From positions 97,406 through 161,405 of the forward strand of contig MEOA01000045.1 in NCBI GenBank assembly GCA_001768515.1: a stretch of DNA of 64,000 nt, written 5' to 3'. The notes beneath the pieces are model-generated. The model ran no database searches. It saw only the letters and a list, made by a program, of their open reading frames with translations, and was not told the origin of the DNA. The stretch comes from Bacteroidetes bacterium GWE2_42_24 (lineage in GTDB: Bacteria > Bacteroidota > Bacteroidia > Bacteroidales > TTA-H9). Within the stretch, counting starts at the first letter, position 1. Each line of letters starts with the position of its first letter. Both the position numbers and the translations under genes were made by a program. This document shows, in pieces, positions 9,812 through 21,421 of this stretch.

Positions 9812-9846
9812 AAAATGGCCGGATGAGAAATCATCCGGCCATTTTT
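9812..9846. terminator. Bidirectional terminator
   Basis: AAAATGGCCGGATGA-gaaa-TCATCCGGCCATTTT between convergent genes. Confidence 0.85.
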
Positions 9847-9865
9847 ATTATCAGGTATAGAATTT

Positions 9866-12430
9866 TTACTGAGTAGATGTCTCGAGCAGTTTCTCACCAG
9901 AAGCAGGAATAATCCTGATTGCAACATCATCCTTCTCTTTATCAAAATCAACCACAATCTGATCCCCTTCATGGATGTGCGATTTAATGATCTCTTCTGC
10001 CAGAGCATCTTCGACGTATTTCTGGATTGCGCGTTTGAGTGGACGAGCACCAAATTGGGGATCCCATCCTTTATCGGCAATAAAGTCTTTGGCTTCGGGC
10101 GATACCTCAATCCGGTAACGGAGTTTGCATACCCTTTCGATGACAGATTTGAGTTCGATGTCAATGATTTTATGTATGTCATCACGCTCGAGGCTCTCGA
10201 AAATTATGATGTCGTCGATTCTGTTCAAAAACTCGGGTGCAAAAGATTTTTTAAGTGCATTTTCAATCACCCCTCTGGCATATTCACTTTGGGCAGACTG
10301 ACGGGCTGAAGTGCTGAAGCCTACCCCTTGTCCGAAGTCCTTCAACTGACGCGAGCCAATGTTCGAGGTCATGATAACAATAGTGTTTTTAAAATCTACC
10401 CTGCGGCCCAGGCTATCAGTTAATTGTCCATCGTCGAGAACTTGTAACAGCAGATGGAACACATCAGGGTGGGCCTTCTCGATTTCATCAAGCAAAACAA
10501 TTGAATAGGGCTTACGCCGGACTTTTTCGGTTAGCTGGCCACCTTCTTCATAGCCCACATAACCCGGAGGTGCTCCCACAAGCCTTGATACAGCAAACTT
10601 CTCCATGTATTCACTCATATCGACGCGGATGAGGGTATCTTCGGAGTCGAAGAGATAGCGGGCAAGTACTTTTGCCAGATGGGTTTTCCCAACACCGGTT
10701 GGTCCGAGGAAGACGAAGGTGCCAATGGGTTTATTTGGGTCTTTCAGCCCTGCTCTGTTGCGACGTATTGCCTTGACCACTTTACGTATCGCCTGATCCT
10801 GACCGATGATACTCATCTGAAGTTCTTCCTCCATGTGCACCAGTCGATCGCTCTCATTCTGGGCGATACGTTGCACAGGCACACCAGTCATCATGGCCAC
10901 AACCTCAGCGACATTTTCGTCGGATACAATTTCACGGTTGAGGCGTGAATCTTCTTCCCATTTTTTGCGGGCCTGTTCAAGTTCAGCCTGCAATTTACGT
11001 TCCTGATCACGATAAGTGGCAGCTTCTTCAAACTTCTGACTGCTGATGGCAAGGCCCTTTTTTACCTTTACATCTTCGATACGGGTTTCCACACTCAGGA
11101 TATCCTGAGGTACGTGTATGTTTTTGATATGAACCCGGGCACCTGCTTCATCAAGTGCATCGATGGCCTTGTCGGGCAAATAACGGTCAGAAATATAGCG
11201 ATTGGTAAGAGAGACGCAGGCCTGAATGGCATCGTCGGTATATCGCACCAGGTGATGATCCTCATATTTTTCCTTGATGCGATTCAGTATCTCCAGTGTT
11301 TCATCAGAAGTAGTGGGGTCGACCAATACTTTCTGGAAACGACGCTCTAAAGCGCCATCTTTTTCGATGTATTGGCGGTATTCGTCGAGGGTAGTAGCCC
11401 CGATGCACTGTATTTCGCCTCGCGCCAATGCAGGTTTGAACATGTTCGAGGCGTCGAGCGATCCACTGGCATTTCCGGCTCCCACAAGAGTATGAATTTC
11501 GTCGATGAAGAGGATGATGTCGGGATTTTTTTCCAATTCGTTGAGAACGGCTTTCATCCGTTCTTCAAATTGGCCACGATATTTTGTGCCGGCAACCAAA
11601 GAACCCAGATCAAGCGTGACAATCCTTTTGCTGAAGAGTGACCGCGGAACCTGACGATTTGTTATACGCAGAGCAAGCCCTTCGGCGATGGCCGATTTAC
11701 CTACACCTGGTTCTCCAATTAGAATTGGGTTGTTCTTCTTGCGGCGGCTGAGAATTTGGGCAATACGTTCCATCTCCTTGTCACGTCCCACGATAGGATC
11801 TAACCTCCCTTCTTCGGCAGCACGGGTAATGTCACGACCAAAATTGTCGAGGACAGGTGTTTTTGATTTGGGATCTGTTGCTTTTTTGAAGCTTGAATCC
11901 TTATCGTCGTCGGAATCATCATCAGAGCCTCCGCGAGGAGAGATGTCTGCTCTGGGTCCATCATCGGCTTTCAAAGGAATGTCGCGGGTAGGTTCAGACG
12001 ACATGGTCCGTACTTCATTGAGCAATGATTCGTAAGAGATGTTGAATCGTTCGAGGGTACGGGTTACCATATTGTCAGTGTCTTTAAGAATTGCGAGGAT
12101 TAGGTGTTCTGTACCGATCAGTTCGCTTTTGAATTGTTTTGCTTCGAGGTATGTTAATTTCAGGGCACGTTCGGCCTGTTTGACGAGTGGGATATTTTCT
12201 GAGCTGATAACCCGTGGATTTGGATTGGTAATGGCTTTTTCGATTACCTGACGTGCCTGCCCAAGATCAGCACCCAAATAGGCCATGATCTGAACAGCCA
12301 TCCCTTCGCCTTCCCTGAGAATGCCGAGGAACAGGTGCTCTACACCGATGTAATCGTTGCCCAGCCTGACAGCTTCTTCACGGCTATAGGTCAGCACATC
12401 TTTGACTCTTTGCGAGAATTTTGCTTCCAT
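9866..12430 (-). CDS. clpC: ATP-dependent Clp protease ATP-binding subunit ClpC
   Basis: Clp N-domain, two AAA modules (GEPGVGKS; GPTGVGKT), UVR domain, VGF ClpP-binding loop. Confidence 0.95.
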   Translation of the reverse strand: MEAKFSQRVKDVLTYSREEAVRLGNDYIGVEHLFLGILREGEGMAVQIMAYLGADLGQARQVIEKAITNPNPRVISSENIPLVKQAERALKLTYLEAKQFKSELIGTEHLILAILKDTDNMVTRTLERFNISYESLLNEVRTMSSEPTRDIPLKADDGPRADISPRGGSDDDSDDDKDSSFKKATDPKSKTPVLDNFGRDITRAAEEGRLDPIVGRDKEMERIAQILSRRKKNNPILIGEPGVGKSAIAEGLALRITNRQVPRSLFSKRIVTLDLGSLVAGTKYRGQFEERMKAVLNELEKNPDIILFIDEIHTLVGAGNASGSLDASNMFKPALARGEIQCIGATTLDEYRQYIEKDGALERRFQKVLVDPTTSDETLEILNRIKEKYEDHHLVRYTDDAIQACVSLTNRYISDRYLPDKAIDALDEAGARVHIKNIHVPQDILSVETRIEDVKVKKGLAISSQKFEEAATYRDQERKLQAELEQARKKWEEDSRLNREIVSDENVAEVVAMMTGVPVQRIAQNESDRLVHMEEELQMSIIGQDQAIRKVVKAIRRNRAGLKDPNKPIGTFVFLGPTGVGKTHLAKVLARYLFDSEDTLIRVDMSEYMEKFAVSRLVGAPPGYVGYEEGGQLTEKVRRKPYSIVLLDEIEKAHPDVFHLLLQVLDDGQLTDSLGRRVDFKNTIVIMTSNIGSRQLKDFGQGVGFSTSARQSAQSEYARGVIENALKKSFAPEFLNRIDDIIIFESLERDDIHKIIDIELKSVIERVCKLRYRIEVSPEAKDFIADKGWDPQFGARPLKRAIQKYVEDALAEEIIKSHIHEGDQIVVDFDKEKDDVAIRIIPASGEKLLETSTQ

Positions 12431-12528
12431 TTATATTAGATTCTTTTGCATTAATCTTAACAAGTCACCAGTAAAAACGTTTACCGGTATTTAAAATTGC
12501 TTCTTTAGTAACAGATTACCCCGTACAG

Positions 12529-12543
12529 TCAAAAACTGCGCCA
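12529..12543 (-). promoter_or_regulatory. Sigma54-like -24/-12 box upstream of clpC
   Basis: TGGCGCAGTTTTTGA (GG-N10-GA) about 100 bp upstream of the clpC start. Confidence 0.5.
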
Positions 12544-12615
12544 TTTTCTCTAAAGAGAAATAATGTCATTCAAAAGTAATGCACATTCAGACACAAAGCA
12601 GGCCTGCTTTCAAAT

Positions 12616-12643
12616 ATTTATCAACAATCGTTTGTTGATAAAT
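12616..12643. promoter_or_regulatory. Perfect 12-bp inverted repeat containing two DnaA-box-like 9-mers, upstream of gyrA
   Basis: ATTTATCAACAA-tcgt-TTGTTGATAAAT; TTATCAACA is one mismatch from TTATCCACA. Confidence 0.5.
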
Positions 12644-12750
12644 CGGTTAATATTCAACTGGCTTTGTAACTAAAAAAAACGTACCTTCGTACCTTAAAAG
12701 TTAGATATATAAACTATTGTTTATCAGTTAGTTTTTGTTAAAATAATCTC

Positions 12751-15279
12751 ATGGAATTACCTGAAGAAAAAATTGTTCCGGTAAATATTGAAACCCAGAT
12801 GAAAACAGCCTACATCGATTATTCGATGTCGGTCATTGTTTCCAGGGCATTACCTGATGTCCGTGACGGACTAAAGCCTGTCCACCGCCGGATTTTATTC
12901 GGTATGTATGATCTGGGGATTTTGTCGAACCGGGGTTACAAGAAATCGGCACGTATTGTTGGTGAAGTGCTTGGTAAGTATCATCCGCATGGTGACTCAT
13001 CGGTGTATGATGCAATGGTACGGATGGCACAGGACTGGTCGTTGAGGTACCCATTAGTTGACGGGCAGGGAAACTTTGGCTCTATTGACCAGGATCCTCC
13101 TGCTGCAATGCGATACACTGAAGCCAGGCTCCGAAAACTTGCCGAGGAGATGTTGGATGATCTCGACAAGGAGACAGTCGACTTCCAGCTTAACTTCGAT
13201 GACTCATTGGAAGAACCTACTGTTTTGCCTGCCAAAGTGCCTAATCTTTTGATCAATGGCACAAGTGGTATCGCCGTCGGCATGGCCACCAACATGGCTC
13301 CTCACAACCTTAAAGAGGTGATTGATGGAACAATTGCATACATTGACAACGGTGAGATTACCATTCCCGAGTTGATGAAGTTTATTAAGGGACCCGACTT
13401 CCCGACCGGAGGAATCATTTATGGCTATGAAGGTGTCAGGGAAGCTTATGAGACCGGTCGAGGCAGAATCATTATCAGAGGAGAAACCAAAATTGAACCC
13501 GAAGATAATGGTCGCGAACGGATCATTGTGACCTCTATCCCATATCAGGTGAATAAGGCCGAGATGATTAAAAAGACCGCCGACCTCGTCAATGAGAAGA
13601 AAATAGAAGGTATTAGCGATATCAGGGATGAATCAGACCGTGATGGTCTGAGAATCGTGTACGAGCTTAAGCGTGACGCCAATACGAACGTTGTGCTTAA
13701 TAAGTTGTACCAGATGACACCCTTGCAGACCAGTTTCAGTGTGAATAGTATCGCTCTGGTTCATGGTCGCCCGGTGACCCTTAATCTGAAGGATATCATC
13801 AAATATTTTGTTGAGCACAGGCATGAAGTAGTGGTACGTCGTACTCAGTATGAGTTGCGGCAAGCCGAAAAGCGTGCCCATATCCTTGAAGGCTTGCTGA
13901 AAGCACTTGATCATATCGAAGAGGTAATAGCCCTGATCCGTGCAAGCCGTTCTCCTGAAGCCGCCCGTGAAGGCCTGATGACAACTTTCGATTTGAGTGA
14001 GGAACAGGCAAAGGCCATTCTGGCTATGAGACTTCAAGCCCTTACTGGGTTGGAGCGTGAAAAACTTGAAGAAGAATATAAAGAGCTTAAGCGTCTCATC
14101 GACTATTACAATTCATTGCTGGCCGATAAAGAACTTCGCATGGAAGTTATTAAGACAGAGTTGCGTGAATTAAGAGAGAAGTATGGTGACGAGCCTAAGA
14201 CCGATATTGAATATTTGGCTCAGGATTTCAAAATTGAAGACACTATTTCGGATGACAGCGTAGTGATTACTATCTCTCACTTTGGATACGTTAAACGTAC
14301 ACTACTCACGGAATACCGTGTACAAGCACGCGGTGGACGCGGATCAAAAGGAAGTGAAACTCGTGACGATGATTTCGTGGAACATCTTTTTGTAGCGACC
14401 AACCATAACTACATACTTTTCTTTACGGAAAAAGGAAAAGTTTATTGGCTCAGGGCATTTGAAATTCCTGAAGGTGCCAAAACATCCAAAGGGAGGGCTA
14501 TTCAGAACCTGATCAATATTGATCCCGATGATAAAGTCCGTGCGTATATTAACGTGACGAGTCTTTCGGATTCAGATTATATTCAGAGTAATTTCATCAT
14601 CCTATGCACCAGACATGGTACTATTAAGAAGACTTCTCTTGAAGCCTATTCAAGACCACGTCAGAATGGTATTATTGCGGTAAATATAAAGGATGACGAT
14701 ATGCTGCTGGAAGCCCGAATGACCAATGGTAACAGTGTTGTGCTCATGGGGCTGCGCTCAGGACGGGCTATCAGATTCAATGAACAACGTGTACGCCCGA
14801 TGGGGAGAACGGCTACAGGTGTTAGAGGCGTTACCCTGGCTGGTTCCGACGATGAGGTCATCGGAATGATATGTGTAGATGGCAACGAATCGAACATTTT
14901 AGTCGTCTCAGAGAATGGATACGGGAAACGTTCTTTGCTCGAAAGCTACCGTGAAACCAATCGAGGTGGTAAGGGTGTTAAAACAATGAATGTTACGGAT
15001 AAAACCGGTGCACTCATTGCCATTTGCGACGTGACGGATCAGGAAGATCTGATGATCATCAACCGCAGCGGGATTATCATTAGGACACCAGTCTCAGATT
15101 TACGCGTCATGGGTCGTGCCACGCAGGGTGTCAGACTAATCAATATCCGCGAAGGCGACTCTATTGCTGCCATTACGAAAGTTGATGGGTATGAACCTGA
15201 AGACGAAATTACTGACGATCAGGATGTGAGCCCTGTACAGGATGATCAACTGGTAGATGGCACTGTTATTGATAGTTAA
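12751..15279 (+). CDS. gyrA: DNA gyrase subunit A
   Basis: [17 protein letters not shown] active-site Tyr, GyrA-box QARGGRG, C-terminal pinwheel repeats. Confidence 0.97.
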   Translation: MELPEEKIVPVNIETQMKTAYIDYSMSVIVSRALPDVRDGLKPVHRRILFGMYDLGILSNRGYKKSARIVGEVLGKYHPHGDSSVYDAMVRMAQDWSLRYPLVDGQGNFGSIDQDPPAAMRYTEARLRKLAEEMLDDLDKETVDFQLNFDDSLEEPTVLPAKVPNLLINGTSGIAVGMATNMAPHNLKEVIDGTIAYIDNGEITIPELMKFIKGPDFPTGGIIYGYEGVREAYETGRGRIIIRGETKIEPEDNGRERIIVTSIPYQVNKAEMIKKTADLVNEKKIEGISDIRDESDRDGLRIVYELKRDANTNVVLNKLYQMTPLQTSFSVNSIALVHGRPVTLNLKDIIKYFVEHRHEVVVRRTQYELRQAEKRAHILEGLLKALDHIEEVIALIRASRSPEAAREGLMTTFDLSEEQAKAILAMRLQALTGLEREKLEEEYKELKRLIDYYNSLLADKELRMEVIKTELRELREKYGDEPKTDIEYLAQDFKIEDTISDDSVVITISHFGYVKRTLLTEYRVQARGGRGSKGSETRDDDFVEHLFVATNHNYILFFTEKGKVYWLRAFEIPEGAKTSKGRAIQNLINIDPDDKVRAYINVTSLSDSDYIQSNFIILCTRHGTIKKTSLEAYSRPRQNGIIAVNIKDDDMLLEARMTNGNSVVLMGLRSGRAIRFNEQRVRPMGRTATGVRGVTLAGSDDEVIGMICVDGNESNILVVSENGYGKRSLLESYRETNRGGKGVKTMNVTDKTGALIAICDVTDQEDLMIINRSGIIIRTPVSDLRVMGRATQGVRLINIREGDSIAAITKVDGYEPEDEITDDQDVSPVQDDQLVDGTVIDS

Positions 15280-15295
15280 TTAGTATAGGGAGAAG

Positions 15296-15322
15296 GGCGG
15301 GTAAAACCTTACCCGCCTTTTT
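15296..15322 (+). terminator. Intrinsic terminator after gyrA
   Basis: GGCGGGTAA-aacc-TTACCCGCC followed by T5. Confidence 0.7.
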
Positions 15323-15398
15323 AGACACATTTTTATTCGATCAATTTATATCTATTATCTTTGTACCTCAATTTTCAGAAAACCAAAAGTTAAATTCT

Positions 15399-16535
15399 AT
15401 GAAACGCATTTCAATTATGCTGGCTTTGGCCCTGTTGGTAACGATAGGCTTTGCTCAGAAGAAAGACAGAACTTCGGCCTACAATTACTATCGTAATGGA
15501 AAATATGATAAGGCTCAGGAGTACATCGAAAAGACAATTACACATGAATCTACCATGAACGAGGCCAAGACATGGGCTTTCCGTGGCGATATATACCTGC
15601 AGATTGCATTAACTGATAAACCCGAGTATAAAAGTCTTTCGGATAATCCATTGCAGATTGCTTTTGATTCATATAAGAAAGCACTTTCTTTGCCGGATGC
15701 GAAGGATTTAATGCCCAACATTATGACCAACATGAATGTTATTGCCGAAAACTATTACAATAAAGGTGTTGTTAGTTATGAGAGTGGTGACTATAATGCC
15801 TCTATGACTTCATTTCTGAAGGTAGCCGATGTGAAAAGTGAAATTGGTGTGGTTGATACTGTTGCACTTAAGAATGCTGTTGCTGCTGCTGATCTGGCCA
15901 AGCAGCCGGCTGAGGCCCTGAAGATTAACCAGCGTTTGCTTGATTTAAAATATTCCAGTGCAAGCGTTTATTCTTCAATGGCAAATGCTTATATGGCAAC
16001 TGGTGACACAAGCAGCGCTATTGCTATTACAGCTAAAGGACGTGAGATTTATCCAATGGATCTGGGTCTTCTTCTCTCGGAAACAAATATTTTTCTTTTT
16101 ACAGGTAAAGCCAAGGAAGCGCTCAATAATCTGAATGTGGCTCTGGAAAAAGATCCAACAAACACTTCTATTTTGTATGCACTTGGGACTCAATACAACG
16201 AGTTAAACAATGATGCGGAAGCTGAAAAAGCCTATAAAAAAGCATTAGAAATTAAACCTGACTACTTTGATGCCATCTACAATCTGGGAGCTCTGTATGT
16301 TAATCAGGCTGCGGGACTCATGGCCCAAGCCAACTCTATTCCTCCGGATAAAGTAAAAGAATACGAAGCAAAGAAAGCTGAAGCTTTTGTTTCACTTGAT
16401 AAAGCTTTGCCTTATCTCGAACGGGCTCACCAGATGGATCCTGGCGACAGAAATACAATGGTTACCCTGAAAGAAATCTATGCCCGTAAGAGCATGCTTG
16501 ATAAAGTAAAAGAGATTGATGCCAAACTTCGTTAA
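15399..16535 (+). CDS. Secreted tetratricopeptide-repeat protein
   Basis: Signal peptide (..GFA-Q) and multiple TPR motifs (AYKKALEIKPDYFDAIYNLG). Confidence 0.88.
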   Translation: MKRISIMLALALLVTIGFAQKKDRTSAYNYYRNGKYDKAQEYIEKTITHESTMNEAKTWAFRGDIYLQIALTDKPEYKSLSDNPLQIAFDSYKKALSLPDAKDLMPNIMTNMNVIAENYYNKGVVSYESGDYNASMTSFLKVADVKSEIGVVDTVALKNAVAAADLAKQPAEALKINQRLLDLKYSSASVYSSMANAYMATGDTSSAIAITAKGREIYPMDLGLLLSETNIFLFTGKAKEALNNLNVALEKDPTNTSILYALGTQYNELNNDAEAEKAYKKALEIKPDYFDAIYNLGALYVNQAAGLMAQANSIPPDKVKEYEAKKAEAFVSLDKALPYLERAHQMDPGDRNTMVTLKEIYARKSMLDKVKEIDAKLR

Positions 16536-16561
16536 TCCCGGTTGCTGTTACTAAGCCGAAA

Positions 16562-16595
16562 AGGGCGATCAGAAAAGGTCGCCCTCTTTTTTTTT
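16562..16595. terminator. Terminator between convergent genes
   Basis: AGGGCGATC-agaaaa-GGTCGCCCT plus T9. Confidence 0.75.
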
Positions 16596-17775
16596 AAGCC
16601 GGGAACAAAACGATAAACCTGCTACCTTCGCCAACCTTGCTTTCGCAAAAGACTTCACCATTGAGCGTGGTAATGAGTTTCTTGACAATTGACAATCCGA
16701 GACCAATGGATGATTCTCCTCCGGTAGGATTAATATGACCTCTCTGGTAGCGGTTGAATAGTCTAGGTAGTTCATCAGGTTCTATTCCTTGTCCCTGATC
16801 CTGAACTTCAAACCGTATAAAACCCGGATTTTGGCTTAGACTAATTACAATAGCAGAACCGACAGGACTGTATTTAATAGCATTACTGATCAGGTTGTCG
16901 AATATCTGGGTTAGAAAATTACGATCTGTCAATGCAAGGGTGGTTTCTGCCAAGCTGATGATGGCAATATTCTTTTGCTGGGCAAAAGGCAGAAAACCGT
17001 CGGTTACTTCTTTAAGTACTGTTGCGAAATCAACTTGTTCAGGTGTTAACCTTAACCTACTGGATTCGATCACTTCTGTGTCTAATATCTGATTGACGAT
17101 ACTCTTCATTCGGTTCAGTGCGTTGTCGATCAGTTTGATGTAGTCGAGTTGATCGGATGTAAAATCTTCCTTTTCCTGACGAAGCATTTCAATTGCACAA
17201 CGGCTGCTGGTGAGTGGGTTTCGTAAGTCATGTGCTACCAGATCGATCAGCATGTTTTTTTCGTTGTTGAGTTGAACCAGTTCGCCGTTTTGTTTCTGGA
17301 TTTTATGGAAACTCGATGCCAAACGCTCCTCAAGCTCGTTCATTCTTCGTCCGCGCCGGATCATCATTTTCATCACAGCAAAACACGATCTGGTGTCATT
17401 TTGAAGAATTTCGAGGAAGTCTTTTTTTGGGAGTTCAACCAGGGTAACTGCTGTGTTGGCTTTAACTGATGCAGATCTTGGAAGATCGTCTACAAGGGCG
17501 TATTCGCCGAAGATGTCCCCTTCAATGAGTTCCGATAACTCATAACCGTCTATGTGGACACTGAGATTGCCCCTTGCAACGATATACATAGCAGAGGCAT
17601 CGTCACCTTTATTGAAGAGCGTTTGTCCCACTGGTAAATCAACTACCCTTGATTTTTCCGCAACCTGCTGAAGCATTTCTTCACCTGCATCAAGAAAGAC
17701 TTCTGCCTTGGTCAGCCAGTTTATGATCTGTCCGATCTTTATTTCATTGTTGCCGGAGATAGGAGGAGTTGTCAT
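16594..17775 (-). CDS. Cytoplasmic histidine kinase with N-terminal cyclic-nucleotide-binding domain
   Basis: cNMP motif FGEYAL..PRSASV, H-box AHDLRNPL, NLISNAIKYS, DQGQGI, GLGLSI. ATG at 17775 overlaps the upstream stop (TGATG). Confidence 0.88.
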   Translation of the reverse strand: MTTPPISGNNEIKIGQIINWLTKAEVFLDAGEEMLQQVAEKSRVVDLPVGQTLFNKGDDASAMYIVARGNLSVHIDGYELSELIEGDIFGEYALVDDLPRSASVKANTAVTLVELPKKDFLEILQNDTRSCFAVMKMMIRRGRRMNELEERLASSFHKIQKQNGELVQLNNEKNMLIDLVAHDLRNPLTSSRCAIEMLRQEKEDFTSDQLDYIKLIDNALNRMKSIVNQILDTEVIESSRLRLTPEQVDFATVLKEVTDGFLPFAQQKNIAIISLAETTLALTDRNFLTQIFDNLISNAIKYSPVGSAIVISLSQNPGFIRFEVQDQGQGIEPDELPRLFNRYQRGHINPTGGESSIGLGLSIVKKLITTLNGEVFCESKVGEGSRFIVLFPA

Positions 17776-18695
17776 CAGGAGCCGGATGAGTTGTTTGAAA
17801 TGGTGAGTTTGATAATTGCCCCTACCATCACGACGGCACTTATCCATTGCATAGTTGTCAGTATTGCTCCATTAATCAGGTAATCAAATATCACGGCTGA
17901 AATTGGAAAGAAGAGCTCACACATGGTTGCTACCATGGCTCTTACCCTGATAAGCCCCATATAATAAAGAAAAATGGCTCCCGAACCTGTTGTGAAAGCG
18001 ATAATCAGAAAGATGCCCCATTGAAAAGGAGTTACAAGCGATATATTTGTAAATGTGTTGTTTATGGCGACATACGTCAACATGATTACCGAAGTAAGTC
18101 CATATCTGAAAAAAGTCGCTGTGCGGAAACTCATCGACCCGACAGCTTTTTTGCTAAATACCGTAGAACTTCCAAAGGCAGCTGCTGCCAGGATTGCATA
18201 CCCGGAGGCTTTCAGCGTATTTCCGTTTGTTTGAAAATCTGGTAATTCTAATCCGAAGGTAAGTGTATAACCAGCAGCCAATGCAAGTGAACCCCATGCA
18301 ATAAATCGTCTATTAATTTTCTCTTTTAGTAATATGGCAGCCAGCGTAATGGCGAATATCGGTTGTAGTTTTTGTAAAAGGACGATTACTGTCAGGGGTT
18401 TAAATTCAAGTAAGAAAAGCGCCTTCACTATAAACAGGGTTCCGGCTGCACCGCCAAACAATGCAACTAAAAAAAGATTGATCCATTGGTTAGCTGTAAA
18501 CGTTCTGGCAACTTTGTATTCCCTGTAAAGGAATAGGTTCATAAGCGCGAAGGGTATGAGATGCAATGTCATAACCACAAAACCGGTATCGAGTGGACGG
18601 AGTCCTGGTGTGAGTACTACACCATCAAGACCCCAGAGGATGGCTGCGAAACTGATGGCCAGACCACCTATCCAGGATGCAGGGCTTTTTTGCAT
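17775..18695 (-). CDS. DMT/EamA family transporter
   Basis: About 10 TM helices in two EamA repeats (AILWG, LLQKLQPIFAI..A..LLKEK). Confidence 0.9.
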   Translation of the reverse strand: MQKSPASWIGGLAISFAAILWGLDGVVLTPGLRPLDTGFVVMTLHLIPFALMNLFLYREYKVARTFTANQWINLFLVALFGGAAGTLFIVKALFLLEFKPLTVIVLLQKLQPIFAITLAAILLKEKINRRFIAWGSLALAAGYTLTFGLELPDFQTNGNTLKASGYAILAAAAFGSSTVFSKKAVGSMSFRTATFFRYGLTSVIMLTYVAINNTFTNISLVTPFQWGIFLIIAFTTGSGAIFLYYMGLIRVRAMVATMCELFFPISAVIFDYLINGAILTTMQWISAVVMVGAIIKLTISNNSSGS

Positions 18696-18763
18696 TGAAT
18701 TGATTCGGAATTTTAGGCAAAGGTAACTAAATTTGTGCTTTTATCCTTTCTGGTCTGTTAACA

Positions 18764-19810
18764 TTGACAGGATACAGGGATGTCAAAAAGGAGGTTGATT
18801 TGAAACCTGAAAGCAAAGAATGGTCACGACCTATTTCCGGCGGGCGCGTGCAGTGTCTTATTTGTCCACATGGATGCATCCTTATACCTGGAGCGGTTGG
18901 TAGATGCGGCGTACGAGTTGCCGGCGTTAATCGAATTTCAAATCCATATACCTTCCAATTAAGCGTCATTAGGTTTGATCCTGTGGAAAAGAAACCTCTG
19001 TTTCATTTTTATCCCGGCCGCCTTGTTTTAAGCCTTGGCGGGGTCGGTTGTAATCTTCAATGTCAGTGGTGCCAGAATTATTCGATTTCGCAGTGTATCC
19101 CTTCCGATCTCCATGGTTTAAAATCTTTTTCTATTCCGGAAATTTTGTCAGTCGCCCGATCAGAACCCCGTAGCATTGGCGTTGCATTTACTTATAATGA
19201 GCCCACCGTTTCGCTTGAATTTTTACTTGAAGTGTCCAGGGCTTTCCAACAATCAGGTTTAATCTGCTCAATGATTACCAATGGCTTCATAAATCAGACT
19301 CCGCTGGGAGCGTTATGTGAAGTAATAGATGCATTTAATGTTGATTTAAAGGGATTTAATGAAAATTTTTATCGGGATTGTACCACAGGCCATCTGAGCA
19401 CGATACTCCAGTCTCTGAGGATGATCAGGACGGCAGGGAAGCATCTTGAAGTGACCTTTCTGGCCATTCCAGAACTGAATACCTCTTTTTCTGATTTTGA
19501 AGCGATGTGCCGATGGATCGCCGATAACCTTGGTGCTGATACCCCGTTACACATCAGTCGCTACCACCCCGCCTGGCAATGCGGCATACAGGCTACGCCA
19601 TCCGATCTGTTGGTCGCGCTTTATGAAAAGGCCAAAATAAACCTGAATTATGTATATCTGGGAAATCTCAGCAGCAATGATTACGAATCAACGAATTGCC
19701 CTGATTGTGGCATGCTGTTGGTTGAAAGAGCCGGCTATCAGGTCATCATCAGGGGAATGGAGCAGAACAGGTGTTCAAGTTGCAGACGGATCATTCCTGG
19801 TGTTTTCTGA
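18764..19810 (+). CDS. amrS: AmmeMemoRadiSam-type radical SAM enzyme (PFL-activase-like)
   Basis: N-terminal CLICPHGC..G.CGVR, DPVEKKPLFHFYPG, CNLQCQWCQN SAM cluster, TYNEP, C-terminal CPDC/CSSC. Start uncertain. Confidence 0.85.
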   Translation: MTGYRDVKKEVDLKPESKEWSRPISGGRVQCLICPHGCILIPGAVGRCGVRVAGVNRISNPYTFQLSVIRFDPVEKKPLFHFYPGRLVLSLGGVGCNLQCQWCQNYSISQCIPSDLHGLKSFSIPEILSVARSEPRSIGVAFTYNEPTVSLEFLLEVSRAFQQSGLICSMITNGFINQTPLGALCEVIDAFNVDLKGFNENFYRDCTTGHLSTILQSLRMIRTAGKHLEVTFLAIPELNTSFSDFEAMCRWIADNLGADTPLHISRYHPAWQCGIQATPSDLLVALYEKAKINLNYVYLGNLSSNDYESTNCPDCGMLLVERAGYQVIIRGMEQNRCSSCRRIIPGVF

Positions 19811-19915
19811 GGTGGTGTAGTAGCTACTATCATTGCCTGCAATATCCAGCAGGATGAACCGTTAAGACGGCATATCAAAAAAACAGTTAATTTGCACCCT
19901 GATAAATTAAACAGA

Positions 19916-21421
19916 ATGAACCTATACGCCAGAAAGGAGCGATGGAAATGGTTGCTGTTGCTGGCATCCGTTGTAATACTAGCAGGCACACTCTGGTTTA
20001 CCAATTCAATGGTGCAGAAGGTTGCAGCCGAGGAGCGTAAAAATGTGAAACTCTGGGCCGATGCTGTTCATCGGAAGGCAAGCCTTGTACAATATACTGA
20101 GGCATTTTTTAAGCAACTTCAGAATGAAGAGAGAAAACGGGTTGAATTGCTTGCTCACGCTTATAATGCTTTAATTAATTCCTCTCTTGATGAAGAGCTC
20201 ACTTTTTATCTGGAGATCATTAATAAAAATACAAACATTCCGGTTGTGCTGACTGATCCTGAACGACGAATTATTAATTCTAAAAACGTCACCTTTGATA
20301 CAATAACCACCCGGTTCCTTAGCGATTCTCTTTTGGCGGAGTTTTCTGTTTATCAACCCATCAGAGTTAATTTGGATCGAAATGTCTATAGATTGTTGTA
20401 TTATAAAGAGTCCAGGTTGTTTACTGAACTTCGTGAAGTGCTTAACGATCTTAACCGTTCCTTTCTCGATGAGGTGGTTACCAATTCAGCTTCAGTGCCG
20501 GTAATCATTACGGATAGTCTGCAAAATCTTATAGCTTCTGGTAACATCGATTCACTTAGGCCTCAGGATACCGCTAGAATAGTCTCTTTGATTGCTCACA
20601 TGAAGGATGAAAATGATCCGATAGTGATTCAGTTGGGTGGTCAGGGGGCTACCTACATCTATTACCTTAGTTCTGGATTACTTACCCAGTTGCGTTATTA
20701 CCCGGCAGTGCAATTTGGCATTATCGGACTGTTTTTGCTTGTCGCCTATGTTTTGTTCAGTTCAGCCCGAAAGTCAGAACAAGACCAGGTGTGGGTGGGC
20801 ATGTCAAAAGAAACAGCTCACCAGCTTGGGACACCGCTTTCATCAATGATCGCCTGGCTTGAACTGATGAAAATTGATGGTATTGAACATGCCGCTATAG
20901 AGGAACTTGGTAAGGATGTCAAGCGGCTTGAAACAATTTCGCAGCGATTCTCCAAGATTGGTTCGATACCAAAGCTGGAACCTGTGAATGTAGTAGCACT
21001 TATTTATCAGGCTATCGATTACCTGCGTAAAAGAACCTCTCGGAAGGTCACCTACCAGATCAATTTCCCTGAAGACAAGGAGATGATTATTCCACTTAAC
21101 CCTGAATTATTTGAATGGGTGGTAGAGAATCTTGTGCGTAATGCTGTTGATGCAATGGGCGGGGCAGGGCGTTTCACCATCGACCTCACGGAAACCAATC
21201 ATCACATCGCGATCGACTTTACCGATACTGGTAAGGGGATTCCCCGCCGCAAATTTAAAACCATATTCCAGCCTGGTTATACTAGTAAAAAACGTGGATG
21301 GGGGCTTGGATTAACCCTCGTGCGACGCATTGTGAGAAGCTACCACAATGGAAAAATATTTGTCAAAGCCTCTACTCCTGACAAGGGGACAACCTTCCGT
21401 ATAACCCTGCGTAAACCATGA
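19916..21421 (+). CDS. Membrane sensor histidine kinase (PorY-like) with duplicated periplasmic module
   Basis: WVGMSKETAHQLGTPLSS H-box, ENLVRNAVDAM, GWGLGL; two TM segments. Confidence 0.88.
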   Translation: MNLYARKERWKWLLLLASVVILAGTLWFTNSMVQKVAAEERKNVKLWADAVHRKASLVQYTEAFFKQLQNEERKRVELLAHAYNALINSSLDEELTFYLEIINKNTNIPVVLTDPERRIINSKNVTFDTITTRFLSDSLLAEFSVYQPIRVNLDRNVYRLLYYKESRLFTELREVLNDLNRSFLDEVVTNSASVPVIITDSLQNLIASGNIDSLRPQDTARIVSLIAHMKDENDPIVIQLGGQGATYIYYLSSGLLTQLRYYPAVQFGIIGLFLLVAYVLFSSARKSEQDQVWVGMSKETAHQLGTPLSSMIAWLELMKIDGIEHAAIEELGKDVKRLETISQRFSKIGSIPKLEPVNVVALIYQAIDYLRKRTSRKVTYQINFPEDKEMIIPLNPELFEWVVENLVRNAVDAMGGAGRFTIDLTETNHHIAIDFTDTGKGIPRRKFKTIFQPGYTSKKRGWGLGLTLVRRIVRSYHNGKIFVKASTPDKGTTFRITLRKP

